The notes under the pieces: generated by a model
Told to the model about the DNA's origin: nothing
What the model saw: only the letters and a program-made list of their open reading frames with translations
Databases searched by the model: none
DNA from: Yuukianura sp. NJ FZ-2021
Lineage: Eukaryota
NCBI GenBank assembly: GCA_046563655.1
Contig: CM102287.1
Location: 4,340,001 to 4,404,000, forward strand
Direction: 5' to 3'
DNA length: 64,000 nucleotides
Shown: one piece after another, positions 1 to 14,656 of the stretch
Numbering within the stretch: position 1 is the stretch's first letter
How the letters are laid out: each line of letters begins with the position of its first letter
Made by a program: the position numbers and the translations under genes

Positions 1-3000
1 AAAAGACAAACAGGCTTTTGCAGGAAGTTGACCTCCAAAAAACCGCGAGTTTTCAAAACTTAATTTTTCGTTTACGTTCTTGTGAACTTCCTCATCTGCA
101 TCCTTGCATACCAGAGTAGCTGCTGAAGTTTTAGTTTCGTCCAAAGTTGTTTTTTTGAATTTAAACGTGAAAACTGGAATATGACGAGGCCCAGTTTTTG
201 TTAGGCTTGATGTTGATGAAAATTTTTGAATGATTGACAGTAGGGAGGATCTTGAAGCAAGGGAGAGAGGGATGACATGACATGACTGGATTTTTGCCTT
301 CAACTTTTGTAGTTTCCCCCCACAATAACCTTAACCATATTCTTCACAAACATTAAACCTAACCTCCTTTGCATGTTTTCGGCCTCAAATTTTACTAAAG
401 CAGACAGAAAACTGTATTTTGGACTGAAGCCTTTAGACTTTAGCCTGTTACACACCGTCCCAGGCACAGCACTGCGCCGGCGCAGAGTTCACGTCGAATT
501 TCGTCATGACATGACCCCTCCGTGCAGAGACAAACGACTGACGTCTGTCGGAACAAAATGATGAAACGGATATGAGAGTCTCCCTGTCCAGAATTGAAAT
601 GGAGAAGATTCTAATCAGCTCAGGAACATCCAACACTTGACAATCCCTCAACACGTCAAAAGCCCAAACATCGTGTTAACTCAACACTTGATTTTGATCA
701 ACACAATGTCAAGGCCAATCACCAATCAAATCCTTCCTTTCCGGAGTCCATCCAGGTCAACTTTGAGGTCAGCGGAAGCAAAAGTAATGCAAAAACTTGA
801 AATTCCTTGGACCTGCTTTGACTTTTCGTTGAGAAAATTTCGGTATGAAATTTTGTTGGTGCGGCGCCTAAGTTACAATTTGCAAAATTTTGGAAACCTG
901 GAATACCAAAAATCAAAATTTTGAATTTGGCAGCATGTGGTAAAGGCTTTTGAAGTTATTTGTGAAGCTAACCGTGAAACAAGTTGTTTGGCACTACTAA
1001 CACTGTTTGTTTGTTGTGTGTTGATTTTTTCTTGCTGTTAAAAAGTTTCGCAGCAGGGTGCTGGAAGTTGATGGGCAATTAGGCAGGGCAGGAACAGGCA
1101 GGCCATGTTATTATCCGGAAGTTAAATTACATAAACAAAACCAAAGAACCAATTTGGCACTTTTACAGTAATTACACAAGGAACTTGTTGTACAAAACGC
1201 TTTTTTTCATACAAAGTTTCAATTTCAGAAAAAAAAACTGCGAAAAGTTTCAGCAATTACTCAAAAGTTACAAAAATCTCAAACATCTCCAGTTTTTTGG
1301 CTAAAAAGTATAAGAATTTGTTAGTTTCACTTAAATTTTTTTTTCTGATTCGCTCAAATATTTTTTTGTGAAACGTTTTGCAGATTGGCTTAACTTTTTT
1401 CCTCCGCTTGCCTCCTCCCTTCCAGAACTTTGTGGATCCCGCAGTCTATTGTGATTTTGAAGTTGTTTTGTATTCGACTCATGTTCGGAAGTGAGTTGGC
1501 TTGATTTTACGGTCTATGAACTTGAATTGTTATCCACCAGAAGTTTTTTGGTTCCTGAGAAAGTGAAGCATCACACACCAGCAAGCATCCATAAATCACT
1601 TGTGCTTTTAGGCTTCAACAATTTCCAATTTGCAACTTGAGCCGCTGCTAATTGCCCACAATTCTCGACAGCTCCGCTGCAAAAAATACAAAATTAAATC
1701 AGACTAATCAAAATCAAGAAACAGGAACTTCGTAACGTAAAATTTCCGAGGAAAGAATTTTTTTTAACAAATTTTTTTCTGACCGTGCAACTTTTCTCCA
1801 ATTTTCTCTCAAAATTTTGACTCATCCGAATTGCCACAAAACTTTCATGAAAGTTCAAAATCGGAGTTTTAGAAAACTTTTTTTTTGATCGACCTGAGAG
1901 CAGGTGATGAAAACGTTTATTTTTCCCTGCCCGATTTCCCATTGTCAGACGTTTTTGAAAAAAAGTGTAAGTGTAAGTAGCCTAATGGTTCGATTGTCGA
2001 TAGAAAGTGAGGGTGGTGGTGGGTTCGATTCGTGGCGGCGGTGGTGGGGCGCAGATGTAGGAGGAGGTTGAAGCCAAAGCCCAAAATTTCCATGGAAACT
2101 CGCTCGTCTCTATTATTTTTTTTATATTTTCAACTTGGCTTTTTCGCCCTATAATTTGACTGGGCGGGGCCGCCGAGTTTCCTTCTTTCTCTTCTGCTCT
2201 GCTCTCGTCTTCTTCCCAAAAGCAAAGCCAACATTTTACATTTCGAAAAGAGGGAGACACTCCCTCCCCACCCTCGACATCCACTTCCCCCCACCCCCAC
2301 CATCACCTCACTTCCAAGTCGGCGACATCGACATGTCACCCGATGTGTCATCGTCGTCACGCATCAGGATATGCAACAGATCATCTTTTCAGAAACTTCC
2401 AGGAACCTCGAATGTCGCTATTTCCTGAGTCTGCGCAGTCTTCAGTAGAATTTTTCCAGACAAAGTTGAATTTTTCAGACGAATTTGACTTTTTTTCAAA
2501 GGAAATTTCAGGTTTCTGAAAAGAAAATAAGAAAGAAATTTTGTTAGATTTTTGCTTTTTCGCATCATGAATACCAAATGTAAACTAAATCTCGCATTGA
2601 CGTCATGGTGGCAGTGGAAACCAATGACACAATCAAGTGGCCCCACTTTTGGTGGGGCTGGTCCCACCAAGGTCAGGTTATTAAAGTTATTCGACCAAAG
2701 TTGACTTGTGTTGAGCATCCCACCGTGACTTCAAACGACAAGTGATTTCCAAGGCCATCACCTTACTTTAGTCTCATACGTGCAAAAAGCTTGCAAAAAG
2801 AACCAACATCCTTGCAGAAATTGGTCCTTTCTCTTACGCAATTGAGCCAAATGTGGTTTACCACCATCGCAATTCCAAAATCCGCAGAGCTACAATAGAC
2901 TTTGCGAACGTAATTAGCATATGCTAAGGCTAAACAAGTCTTTTTTCTCTTCACTTCCACTATTCATGCCACCATGACTAAATTTTCGTGTGGTCCACTC

Positions 3001-6000
3001 CTCTTCTCATGCACAAAACTTCAAAATTTTGCAAAAGTCGGAATTACTCAACCTGCTGCTGCTGCTGCTGCCACTCCCATCACTCCAACTTCCTTGCGTT
3101 TGGTTTCTGCAAAAATTGCAACACGTTTTTTCAGAAACTCAGAATCATGAGGCAAAATTTAATTAAAACTGCAAGGAAAAGGAGAAAAAATTGAAGTTTT
3201 CAATATTACGCAAAAGTTCATGTTCACGACACGACAACTCTTCCAGAAATAGAAACGACACGGACAGTCCAAAAATTTTTGTCGGTCATGATATAAACCT
3301 TGTGTGTTGAGATGTTGGGCCGACAATTTCCACGGTGCTTCCAGAACCTGTCCACGGTGTCCACAGTGTCCAGAGCAGCATTTTATTGGACATGTCCGGT
3401 GAAACTTCCTAGAGTTTGAGTCATGTGAGTTCAGCGCATGAGCATATGAAAGTGTTGAGATGTAAACCGATAGGATCTAAATTACCTTCCTCAGTACTTC
3501 ATAATTTTGTCACCGTTGTTGCCTTCTTTATCGTTCTCCACATCAGCCATAATCGGAGACGCCGAAAGTGACGAAATTTTGCATCCAAAACATTTTGAGC
3601 CTTCCGCGGTGTCATTTCCCCCGCTTCCTCACAGAAAAATTTTCTTGCCGCCATTGTAACCTTGTCGTCGTCGTTCCTTTTGAATTTTTGAGAAAACGAA
3701 GAAGCGTGTGGAGGTAATTAGCTCACTCTGCGAATCCTTTCTGAGAATCTAATGATAATCAGGGCATAAATTATGCATGTTTCTTTATACTAATGGCCAC
3801 CACCACCAGTATTAAGCTCTCATAACGATCAACATAACTTGCCTAACTCCCAAACTTCCAACAAAAACTTTTCTCAAGCCAGGCAGAGGGAACAGTTTTT
3901 CTGGTAGGTTAAAAACCCAATTTCAAAGCGCATCACATCATCGCATCGCATCGCCGTTCCACGGTGGTGACGTCCTTTAGGTTGTTTGGCTCCCTGAAAT
4001 GATAATAGCCAAAGAAACCAGAATTAGAAAATGGAAGTTGAAAGTATACAAGCGACATACCTCCAAGGTAAACGCAGAACTTTATGAATTATTCAGTACG
4101 TCTCCAACATTAGTGAGAAAGAACTATTCAAAATGGAAACCATTTTGAAAATTTAGGTATGCAAATACTATGGAATTTGGAAATAGAAAAAAAAAGAAGA
4201 AAGTTATGGCCCAACCCAAACTGCTTTTGGCTTTTCAGCGCAGGAAAACTCTGCCTCGGCGTCGTTTTGGAAAAAAATGGACAAAATCCACGCCTCTCAT
4301 CCTTCCAAAAACTGGAACGTTGAATCTATTAAATAAAAATTGCTTTTGACATTTTGTTTGAAAATTCGAAAATTGTTTTCAAAAATGTACTCGATTAATC
4401 TTAATCAAAATTTCGAGTTCCAATTTCAGCCGTTAGCGAGGCAGGATTAACTAAAAAAAAAACGCAACTTTAAAATAGCGAAGCGAATCCATACAACTTT
4501 TTGTGTGACGTTTAATTTTAGCGGTGCTTACGAAGTTTTGACGATAAATGCTGGCATGACTTTAGCATCAAACGTAGCGTTTTAAAGTCCATCAGCTGTC
4601 CGGAACGCGACACCGTTTTGCGTTTCGTGTCGTTTCACGGTGTCCACGGCGAGTCAAGGTGCAAGGGAAGTCGGAAGTGGGGGTGTGAATACCCGAGTAT
4701 GCAGGAACAGCAGCAGTTTAAAGTGAATTGAGCGTTTCGATCCATTTTCTGATTTAAAAAAAGAGAGAGGGGTTGAGTTAGAACATATTCAAATGAAAGG
4801 CACGCGAGGGCAAGAGGATTTGTTTTGTTCGTTCTGTTATTGTGATTACGTGTGGGTGACGACGGTTGGACTTAAGGGCCAGGAGCCCTTAGCTTTTCAG
4901 AAGGCATCGATCATTGCGTGGGATGTAAAAAGCCGTAGGGTGCCGATGTAAGTCCTTCACCCAGGGACGACCCTCTGCCTTTGTCCGATTGTTCCGCTTC
5001 CTTTATGTAGGTTAGGTCATGCTGTAACGTCCAGGTGAAATCATGTTGCTGTCAAGTCGTCTGTCAGTGGGGGCGTGAGACACTGTTGTCCACAACTGAA
5101 GACAACTCCCGGGTAACCCCTTTTGGCACTACCAGGCACGTGGAACACCGAATCCTGACCCGCCTTCGTCCTCTTGACTATGAGAGACTTCAAAGGACTC
5201 AGAAAAAAGTCCTTTGAATTAACTTCTCTTCATCTAACAATCGGAGAGGGTAAGGATCCGCTCTTTTTGGTCCAGGGTCCTTGTCAATTCAATTGGAAAC
5301 TGGAGACGACACTTCCGGCAGCCAGTCTGCTTAGTTCCGCTGCTAATTCTCAACGACTCCACTTCATTTCAAGTACGGTAACAAGTTGACCCTGTGAGAA
5401 ACAAATGAAGTAAATAACTTTTATTAACGGAATAACAACTGTAGTTAACATGTCATATGTCATGTTCTTTGATGTTGCGAAAACACCTTCATCCTTATAC
5501 TTTACGACTGCAGATACTGATTAGTACTTGCCACTTACTTTTTGTGTTTACTTGTTCACACTCAAATAAATCAACAGCCCAAGAAAACTTGCCAATTTAT
5601 GATGAACCTGTAATTAACAAGACTGCACAATTACAATCCCAACATCACTTACCACAATTAACTGATCAACTCAATAAACTAATTAAATGGTAACTTACAT
5701 TTACGTTCAAAACCAAAAGAACAAAAAATCGTCTGCTTTTTCAGTAGCCCTCAACATTTTCAGCAACTACATTCCACACAGATTCCATTCGTTAATCGAC
5801 TAATTCAAACGTAATTAACTAAAATTAGTTAAATGACTTACCTCAATTGTTTAATTAAAATTAAACTGATTTTAGTAAAAAAGTAAAGTTTTCCTATTTC
5901 ATAATCGATTCATTCGTGATTTGTTTACATTTTTATTTTATTTTTAGAAATTTGAATTCAGATTCCCGCGCTGTCAATTTCATTCATGAATTTCAAAACG

Positions 6001-6260
6001 GAAAAATTGTTTCTGCCCTTGCGCAAATACACCTACGACGTTTGAATCACGTGTCGTTTTTACAACTTTTACTACAAATACCGTAAACTTTCACTGATAA
6101 GATAACAAATGTAAACAAACCCTTTGTTATCAGTTTTCATTCATTTTTCATTCAGTTTCCTTTTTCTTTTAAAAATTCCCAGACTTTCTCCGTTTTTTAT
6201 CAAACTTTCTCTCAAGTGCGCCATTTTCACTCAAGTTTAATTTCTGATATCATTTCGTCT

Positions 6261-6345
6261 GAATCAAGAAACAGAAAATCAGAAACTCTGATGAATCAGT
6301 CAACAGAAAATCAGAAGCTCGGTCGAATCAGTTAACAGAAAATGG
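6261..6345. repeat. Degenerate tandem repeat, ~32-bp unit (gaatcag..aacagaaaatcagaa..), ~2.5 copies
   Basis: aacagaaaat recurs three times at ~32-nt spacing with similar flanks. Confidence 0.6.
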
Positions 6346-9300
6346 TTAAGGATAATGATTTTCTTGGTTCTTGTGAATGAGAACTAATCAAAGATTTTGA
6401 AATAAGCGGAAGAGAGGGAGTAGTTGATTTTTTCGGTAAGTCATTTGTTCTGTTTGTTTGTTCTCTTCTGTGTCCCAAAAAGAGCCACCGACGCCGACTT
6501 TTTGAAACTTCCCTCCCCTTCCAAGATCTTCTTCATCTTGTTCATCTTCGGAAAATGTTAGAGTGATCTCCTGTTCCTTGTGATTAAGTCTCTTCTACAC
6601 ACATTTTTATGTTCTTTTCAAATTTTAGTACTCGTTCATTCAACAATGAAAGTTGAAATGATCCTTCCTTCGTTTCTCAAAAAGTAGCTCATCTTCGTCC
6701 ACGTTTTCTTTTGTTCTTTTTTTCGTGAAAAAAGAAGTACATTTAAAGTTTTTGATGGGCGTTGAGAAATCGACGGAGGCGTGGAAGAACAGGAGAAGAT
6801 GAAGAAGGGAAAGTTTCTGACTTTTTAGAAGTTAACTTTTTTGAATTGTGTTCATTTTGAGCAATTGTGTACATTTTGTACACTGTTGTACGATTCGGAG
6901 AGGACAAATTTTTCATAAACTATTTTTAGAACAAGAAATAATGCTAAGGTAAGGTGCTTGTGATGCTGCGGGTGAAGATGACGAGACTACGGACATTGTC
7001 GTTATTCAAAAGTTGAATTCAAAAAGATGCGCCACATCTCTGCAAATTTCCAAGTCTCAATTGCAATTCATTCTCTTTAACGAGCACTCCATTGTTCTTC
7101 ATCTTCGAAAAAAAAAATCATATCAGACCAGAATCTTCGAAAATTTTAGTTCTACGGTACTTCTTTTCGAATTTCAGTTTTGATTTTTGAAAATAATTTA
7201 AACTGTTCCCATTTCTGAAATTTATTCAGAATTTCTTTCGTTTTTTTTCCTGCTTTGCAAAACTTTTTGATGCGAATGGTCAAGCTATGTTCATTTTTTT
7301 GAGGTAGCGAAATTACTTTATGTTTTGTTTTTGAACGCCGTAGAGTCACCTTCGAGTTGACCTCTATGACCCCTAGCTGCTTTTTAAAAAGTGGCGCCAT
7401 AAATGTAAGCATGAATCACTCTGAAATTGAAGTTGCCGGGAGTCGTGAAGTGTTCCTGATCCATTTAACGCACTTTCTCTCTCGCTTTCTGCTGCACTTC
7501 AAATTTTGGAGGCTTCCACGGAAGGAAGGAAGTGAAAGCGAATGAGTCCAGGAGAGTCTCGAAGCTTCTCATCAATCGATTAACGCACATTTTAGCTCTA
7601 CGAACGCAACAAAAGAGCACTTTCACAAAAATTACACTTTTTTGGTTCACTCAACTCATTTTATTTACTAAAAGTAAAAGTAACCTCCATATGTATTCAA
7701 AACTGGTTTAATAAAATTTTAAAGTTAAAAATTTACTTATGCTTATGCATACATAAGCATAAAACAAACATTTTTGAAATTGAAACAAAAATTTTTGAAA
7801 TTGATGTTGGTGCCAGTCATTAAAAAAAAGAGCAAAATTTCAATAAAAGTTGAAACTAACACAACAGTTAGCATGTATCGGAGTTTGTTGATAAAATTTA
7901 ATAAATAGGTTTTTTTATTTTTGTCGTTTTTTTCGACGAAATTTTTTTTCTTTTCTTTTTTTTCTGTAAATTTTGAATTTTTTTTTGTTCCTTCCTATAT
8001 TTGAAGTTAAAGAACGGATAATTTGGGGTATTGTGTAGTAGTGGACGTATATCATTATCCCTAAAGGAAAGTCGTGCCATCCAAAGAAGACACTTTTCAA
8101 AGCAACAACAAACTAAGGAAGCAGCGATGCATAAGAAATCCATCCATTCCAATGTTATACTGCGCAAAATAACACATTTCTACTCATAACATTCAGTTTT
8201 CAATGATAAAATTTAAAATTTTGAAGAAAACATTTCTCTAAACATTTTTATGTACAATGTAAATTTTCAGCGGATTCATCTCTGTTTCCAAACATTTTTT
8301 CCACTTTTCATTTCAAATCCTGGGAACCGTTTTTGCAAATTGATAAAATGAACTCTTCCGCTCAACTACGCAAAATTTCTGTATTTTCCAACTGTTTGCT
8401 TTCAGTACTTTTTCTTTTGCAAAACGGAAATTGCCTCGTTTGCAATGTAAATTCCAAGAAACCAAATAAGGTACTACCTAGTTTGCAAAAAAAAAGTGAT
8501 CAAGCTTCTGTTTGCTAAGCTCTTGTACCTTAACCTAGCAGATTATTTTCGACTTGTGTTTGAACAGCAAGTTTTAAAACAAAATTTGAAACAAGTTTTT
8601 TAAAGCTGTTTAAAAATTGGCTTCCGGAATTTTAGATCCTCAGCTTCTGAACAGTTAGTTTTTAAAGAAACAGAAGAAGAAGTTTTCACTCCTTTCTCCT
8701 CTGGGCCACAACGGTTTTCATAATTTATTATTTTTGTTAACAAAAATAACTTCCGAGAGCTTCCACATTTAACATTTTAAAAAGTTTTTTTGAAATTCAA
8801 AAAAGCATTTTTTGAGTCCTCCGGGTGGGTACTTGAAGGGACTTAATCACTACTTGACTTGAGAAGTTAAATAAATCAAAGTTAAGTTTTAATCGTTCTA
8901 AGGGCTCTCCAACGGATCTTCTCGTGGTTCATAAAAAGCTAAAAGATTTTTATCACACAAATTACTCAAACGCAGTTTCGAATTTTTATTACACTTTTTT
9001 TAGAAATCGTTCTTTTTTTAAACTTAAATTATATCCAGAACATCACAAGAGCTATTATTACCCTACTTTTTTCTTTTGTTTTTTATGTACACCGAAAACC
9101 GTTTATAAAAAAGACGGTGGTTCATCATATAATTGTAATCATTATTACGAATAATAAAATTTCGAAAGAAATCCGAGTAACGTTTGACCCAGTTCCACCG
9201 CCGCGTGCTTTCTGTGAACACACCGCCGCGGTTTTCTAAAAATTCTAAACGTTAACCCTTTTTTCAGGTTTTATTGTTTTATGAGATTGAATTTCTCAAA

Positions 9301-10459
9301 AAATAAGAATATGTTTGTGGTTCCAAAAAATTTTGAATTATAAAAATATTATCACAAGAAATTGTAACAAAGCTCAAAAATATTTGTACCGCAAGAGTCA
9401 AAAAACGAAGAAAAAGTTGCGGTAAAAGTCCAAATAAGAAAAGGAGATGAAAAGTGTCACTTTTTTTTACAGAGTTGCATCACAATCCTATTCCAAGGGC
9501 CCTTAAGGGCTTCTCCAACGATTTAGATTACAAATCAGGTGAGAAAAATTTCGAATTTCAGTTTTCGAACTTTTCTTTACCAAAAAAAAGTGGACAAAGA
9601 AAATTTAAAAGCTCGGATGCTCTTTTAACATCAAATTTTCTGTTTAAATCAAAAATTAACGAGATTCTTGGCATAAGAAAAAAAATTGTTATAAAAAACT
9701 ACTTTCCGCAACTTTTTTTTGTCTAAACAAAGTGTTCAGAAGATTCACTGCTTTTTTCGTCTTTTTTTTCTGTAAGTACATGATGAAGATTGGCAAAAAG
9801 TGAAGATGACTGAAAGTTAAGCTGAATTTTCGGCAGTAGTGAATGTACCGCCAGTGAATCCCTCCAGGAACAAGGACCGACGTTCGGTTAGGTTAGCCAG
9901 CCTAGCCTAACTGCTTGCTGTAGACGGCGCCAAGGATTGGAACTGCGGCGGTATAATTTGAGGTTCAATATTATAAAAATTGGTAGGTTGTAATTGGTGG
10001 GTCTGGAATGGCTCTTTTCTTAACCCAAGAACTTCTGGAAGGAGTGAAGAAGCCAAGGTGCATAATTAGACATCGGGGGGACCCTTGGAGTCGCATCAAG
10101 GACGACAGGGCCCCTTTGGCCAGCAGTCGGATCAAAACTGTTATTAAGCTTCCTCTGGTGATCAGAGGGCCCTGCAGGGCACAGGGAAGGGCAGCCCTTT
10201 TGGCTTCCAGGAATCAAAGGGCCCTTCTGACTCCGCCTAGAGCCTCAACTAACCTCAACCTACGCAATTTCATATCCGAAGAGAAGCATAAACTATCATT
10301 AAAACCGCCCTCGTAACACAACCAAATGTCCAATTCAGTTTACAAACTAACACACAAAACGTAGTTTGAGCACAAAAAAAAAACTACGGTTTTTCCGAAA
10401 AAAAACTTGGGACTTCCGAAAAAACTTACCTAACATAACGTCAAATACATACGATCATA

Positions 10460-10528
10460 TAAAATGAAAATTTAACTTTACATAAAATGAAAATTTAACT
10501 TTAAATAAAATGAAAATTTAACATTACA
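10460..10528. repeat. Tandem repeat, 23-bp unit x3
   Basis: taaaatgaaaatttaactttaca / taaaatgaaaatttaactttaaa / taaaatgaaaatttaacattaca read directly. Confidence 0.9.
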
Positions 10529-13500
10529 TAACTCAGCAATATAAGATTGTAAGTCCGTCGATGTTTACGGTTATGTAAGCGGTCCATGATTGATGAAAAC
10601 GATTTTTTTAACGAAGTTAGCAGAAAATTTTGGGTTGGGAAAATTATGTTTAAAGCGGAAAATGTTTAATTTCATGCTGAATTTGGACTTTAGTGTTTTC
10701 GGAATGAATCAGCACCAATTTCCTCACTTTTTGGCTTCTTCCGACCATGTTCTGTGTTCAAACAACAAAATTCTCAAAAAAGTCTCTTTTTAGACAAAAA
10801 ATTTAAAGCTCGATACAAAAAGTTCAAGAGGCTTTGTAAGTTTTGTGCTTGAAGACTCTCGTTGGCATAAAATTTAAAATGTTCATTTGTATTTAGAGTG
10901 CCAATGAATGGAGCATTTCGAAAAAAAACTGTCCGTGGCTGTGGCTGCGTCGACGCGCCGTGGTCATGGCGTGAGAAGGCGCCCGGAATCTTGTGTCTCC
11001 ACTAAATTATAGACTGCAGCACAGAAGAAACAACTAAAGTCCAATTCAATGTCTTCTTCTACAGGAATTCAGTCATCTCATAACAAAAAAAACATAGCAT
11101 ACTCAATTCATTTTATAATTTATTTATAATTTTATATTTTATACATTTAAACAAATATAATTAAAAAAAACACAATACTTTTATTTGTGACATATTTAAT
11201 TCACGAACTAGCGCATGCATAACCTATTGACCTTCAAACTTCCGCAGCCACATACTCAAAAAAGTTTGATTGGTGTTGAAATACTGAAATATTGAATTTC
11301 AAAATTTTGAAAACAAGAAAGAAACAAGTTTTAATTTTCACATAATTATGAAATAAAATGCCACCTGAAGTGAAACAATTTTATACGATTTTCTCAAAAA
11401 ACGAAACTTATTGTTAGTTTCAGTGTACTTGTTCTTTTCAAATCAAGCTGCAGAAGAAAACAACCAATTCAAAGAAGGCAGGAAGTTCCAAAATTTTACA
11501 AAAACGAAAAAAAAAAAACTAACAGAATTTGAAATGTAAAACTGTTCACCTCCATTTCCACGCCTCTCTGCGCTCTGTTTTTCAAAAACCCTTTTTCTGT
11601 TTGAGTTTTGGTGCTCTACAATTATTGTGCTTATCAAATTCCAAAATGGACTCTGTTTGAATCAAATAATTGCACAGATTCGCAATTTTACAGAACAGAA
11701 AGAGGAAGAATAGACTTCAAAATTTAAGTATTGGCCTCACTTTAAAATTATACGTTCTCAAAAAGTTTAAATTTTTGAAGAGGCCTTTCCCTGGACTCCT
11801 GCAAAATGAAAAACCCAAAATTATTGTATTAAATTTTTTTCACACTTTGTAGCTTCCATGATTAACTTAACCAGCCTTACAATCCTTTAATACGTTCAGG
11901 TTAAGTTAGGTTATGTTATGCTATTTTTTAAAGTTAGCCTCAGGCTTAAGCTCAAGTTGTCACCAAAGGTGTGAAAAATGAGGTTTCAGTTTGAAAAAGT
12001 GCGATGATGAATGAATCTGGTGTGTGAAACACGAAAAAAACGGAATGAGATGAATGATGAACTTTTTTCGTTTTTGTAACATTCAAAGTCATGAAATCTC
12101 ATAAAAAATGAATTTGAATGTATTTTTTGTGAAAAGATGAAGATGCTCGTGAGAACGGGAGATTATAAATAGGAAGTGTCCTGCTTTGACTTAAACTGGG
12201 ACTTTGGAGATGATAAATGGACGTTCCACCTGTTGCGATCCACTGCACAACTTCTTTGCTTTCTCCGTAATTCAAAACATGTTCAAACAGAACTTGTTCT
12301 AAATCATGTTCAAAAAGAAACTTCATACATTGAAAAGAAAAGAGAAAGCAGAGGGATGAGGCGCGTGTTGGAGATGATAATTTGAAGTCTCTTCTTTGGA
12401 GTCAGTGAGGCAGAAGAAAGCAGCGGGGGCAGAGGCCACGGTCCCTTCGTTAAGGGCCCATTCAAATACTACGTTAAAACTCCAAGGGGATCCCCCTTTG
12501 CATCTCTAATCACCACTAATCCACCCATTCACAAAAACTGAAACTCAAATACAAAAAAGAAAGTCGAAGTTCAACTTTCACTTCAATTTTTTCTTAAAAA
12601 AAATCATTTTGCTAGACCTTACATGGTAGTAATTTCGCACCTACGGACTTTACATAGATTTGCATCATTTTCCACAGCTTCGCTTTGGAAAACATAACCT
12701 GATTCTTGCTCCACTTGCCATTTCTCACGTTGATAAATAACTAAGCTAATATGAAAAAGAAAACTAAAAATTTTGAAAAGTTGAAACTGAAAATTTCATT
12801 TTGAGCTCCACGTTGGGAAAAAATCGGAGACTTTTTTCCGGCCCGACTTGATGGAGTGAACAAAAGATTTTTGGTAAATGACTATCGGAGAATGGGGGTC
12901 CCTCGGATGGACAAAAAGTGAAGGACCATTTCCTCCTCCTGAGAACAATTGATGTCCAACCAAGTGTGGAAAATTGTTGAGTGTCCTATGCCACAACTCT
13001 CTCCATTGTCACTAAAGTCACATTAGAACCAAAGTCAATGTTTCCAGCTCCACAACTTCCATTAGGAACAACAAAAAATGAACCCTTTGAGACAGAGTTC
13101 CTCAAAAATTAAAATGTAGAGCACATCTTTTCTTCTCCTCCAGAATTTATTCTTTCAAAGATCTTATTCACTGCACGAACTCTTCACTTTTTTGTAAAAA
13201 GAAAACCGTGGAGCACGGCCAACGCCGCGGCGGCGTCTTCGCTTCATTCCTTTCCCTAATCCAAAATTTGTCACAGTCACTCAGGAGGAAGAATTTTTTT
13301 GGAAACTTTTTTATTCATCTCAAGATTTGAACTTTTTTCAACATCCATCGTTCCGTACCGTGACGGTGCACCTCTGTTTTAAAATTTTGGACAAGAACTT
13401 TTGAAAATGAAAATACTAATTTGATCAGAAATTTTGGTTTTTGGGAAAATTGTAGTTTGGATTCAAAATTTCAAAATTTGGGTTGAAATCTTGGAGATCT

Positions 13501-14642
13501 TAAGGAATTCCTGTGAGAAACTTCAAAAAACTTTTGGGTCTCGTGATTTTTTTTTCTGTTCTTTGGCATGTTTTTTTTGTGATTGTGATGAAATGTTGGT
13601 GTTTTGTGAAACTTGATTTTCAAGTAGAAATTGTAGGTTTGAGCCGATTGAAAAGCCAGTTTGGTTGGATTGTGTATCCTTACATCCTTCGAGGGAAGGC
13701 AGCCATTGCGGTTGACCTCTGTCCGTGACCTCTGCAGTCACGACTCCAGAAAGCCATCTCTGACACTCCCTTCACACAACAAAAACCATAGACTTCCTTC
13801 CACTTCTGAGGCATTTGTTATAGTCTCTTCAGAGACTACAAAATTATTCTACCACAAAAAAAAATCATGAGAAAAAAATTTGAACTGAAAAAAGTTACAT
13901 GAGTTTAATTAAAATTTCACACTTGCTTTCATAAAACTGTAAAAACCTCAAGAAAAAAAATTTGATTCCATTGAGTTGAACGCCGCTCAAATATTTTCGT
14001 ATGGATTCCATAAGTAGCAAATTAATAAGAAAAAGTTGCCAGTTTCACAAAGTACTAAATACTAATTTTAATTAACTTCATTAATAAAATATATTAAAAT
14101 AACATATTCAAAATCGACAGTTTTGACTTGAGTGGATGATTTTGAAATTATGAAGGCTGAGAAATACCCTGCGGGAGCATGAAATCTTCATGGAATTTTT
14201 CTCTGCTCAACGGAAGTTTTACGGCGAGTTTGAATTTTCCATCGTTGTTGAATTTTGTTATGATTTGAAAAATATGCACAAAAAGCCTTTGGATACAGAG
14301 TGCAATCAATCAAAAGAAGATGATTCCTGCTTCTGCCTGTAACAACATTCAAAAATGTTACACAAAAAAACGAGTTCTTGAATTTTCCAAATGTTCAGTC
14401 TCTTGAAGTACAGAGTCCTTTTATAAGAGATCAAGATGGGATGGGAACTGATCTATTTTTTTTTATTTGAAGTTGGAAATTATAGAGAAGAGTCAAAATG
14501 GCTTCTTGTTCGTCTAGACTTTCAGCGGAGAAGAAGAAATCTTCGTTCCATTGTTCTTTCTGGAGGCGTCTTTCCTTCCAATTTATGCATTTTCAAATCT
14601 TTCCGCCAGGCAGGTCATGTCAAAGTCCAAAAGGTCGTGTCG

Positions 14643-14656
14643 GTTGCTATGGTAAC
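14643..14656. promoter_or_regulatory. Candidate RFX X-box (GTTGCTATGGTAAC)
   Basis: Near-palindromic match to the established X-box pattern GTTNCC/T-AT-G/AGNAAC; function untested. Confidence 0.4.
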
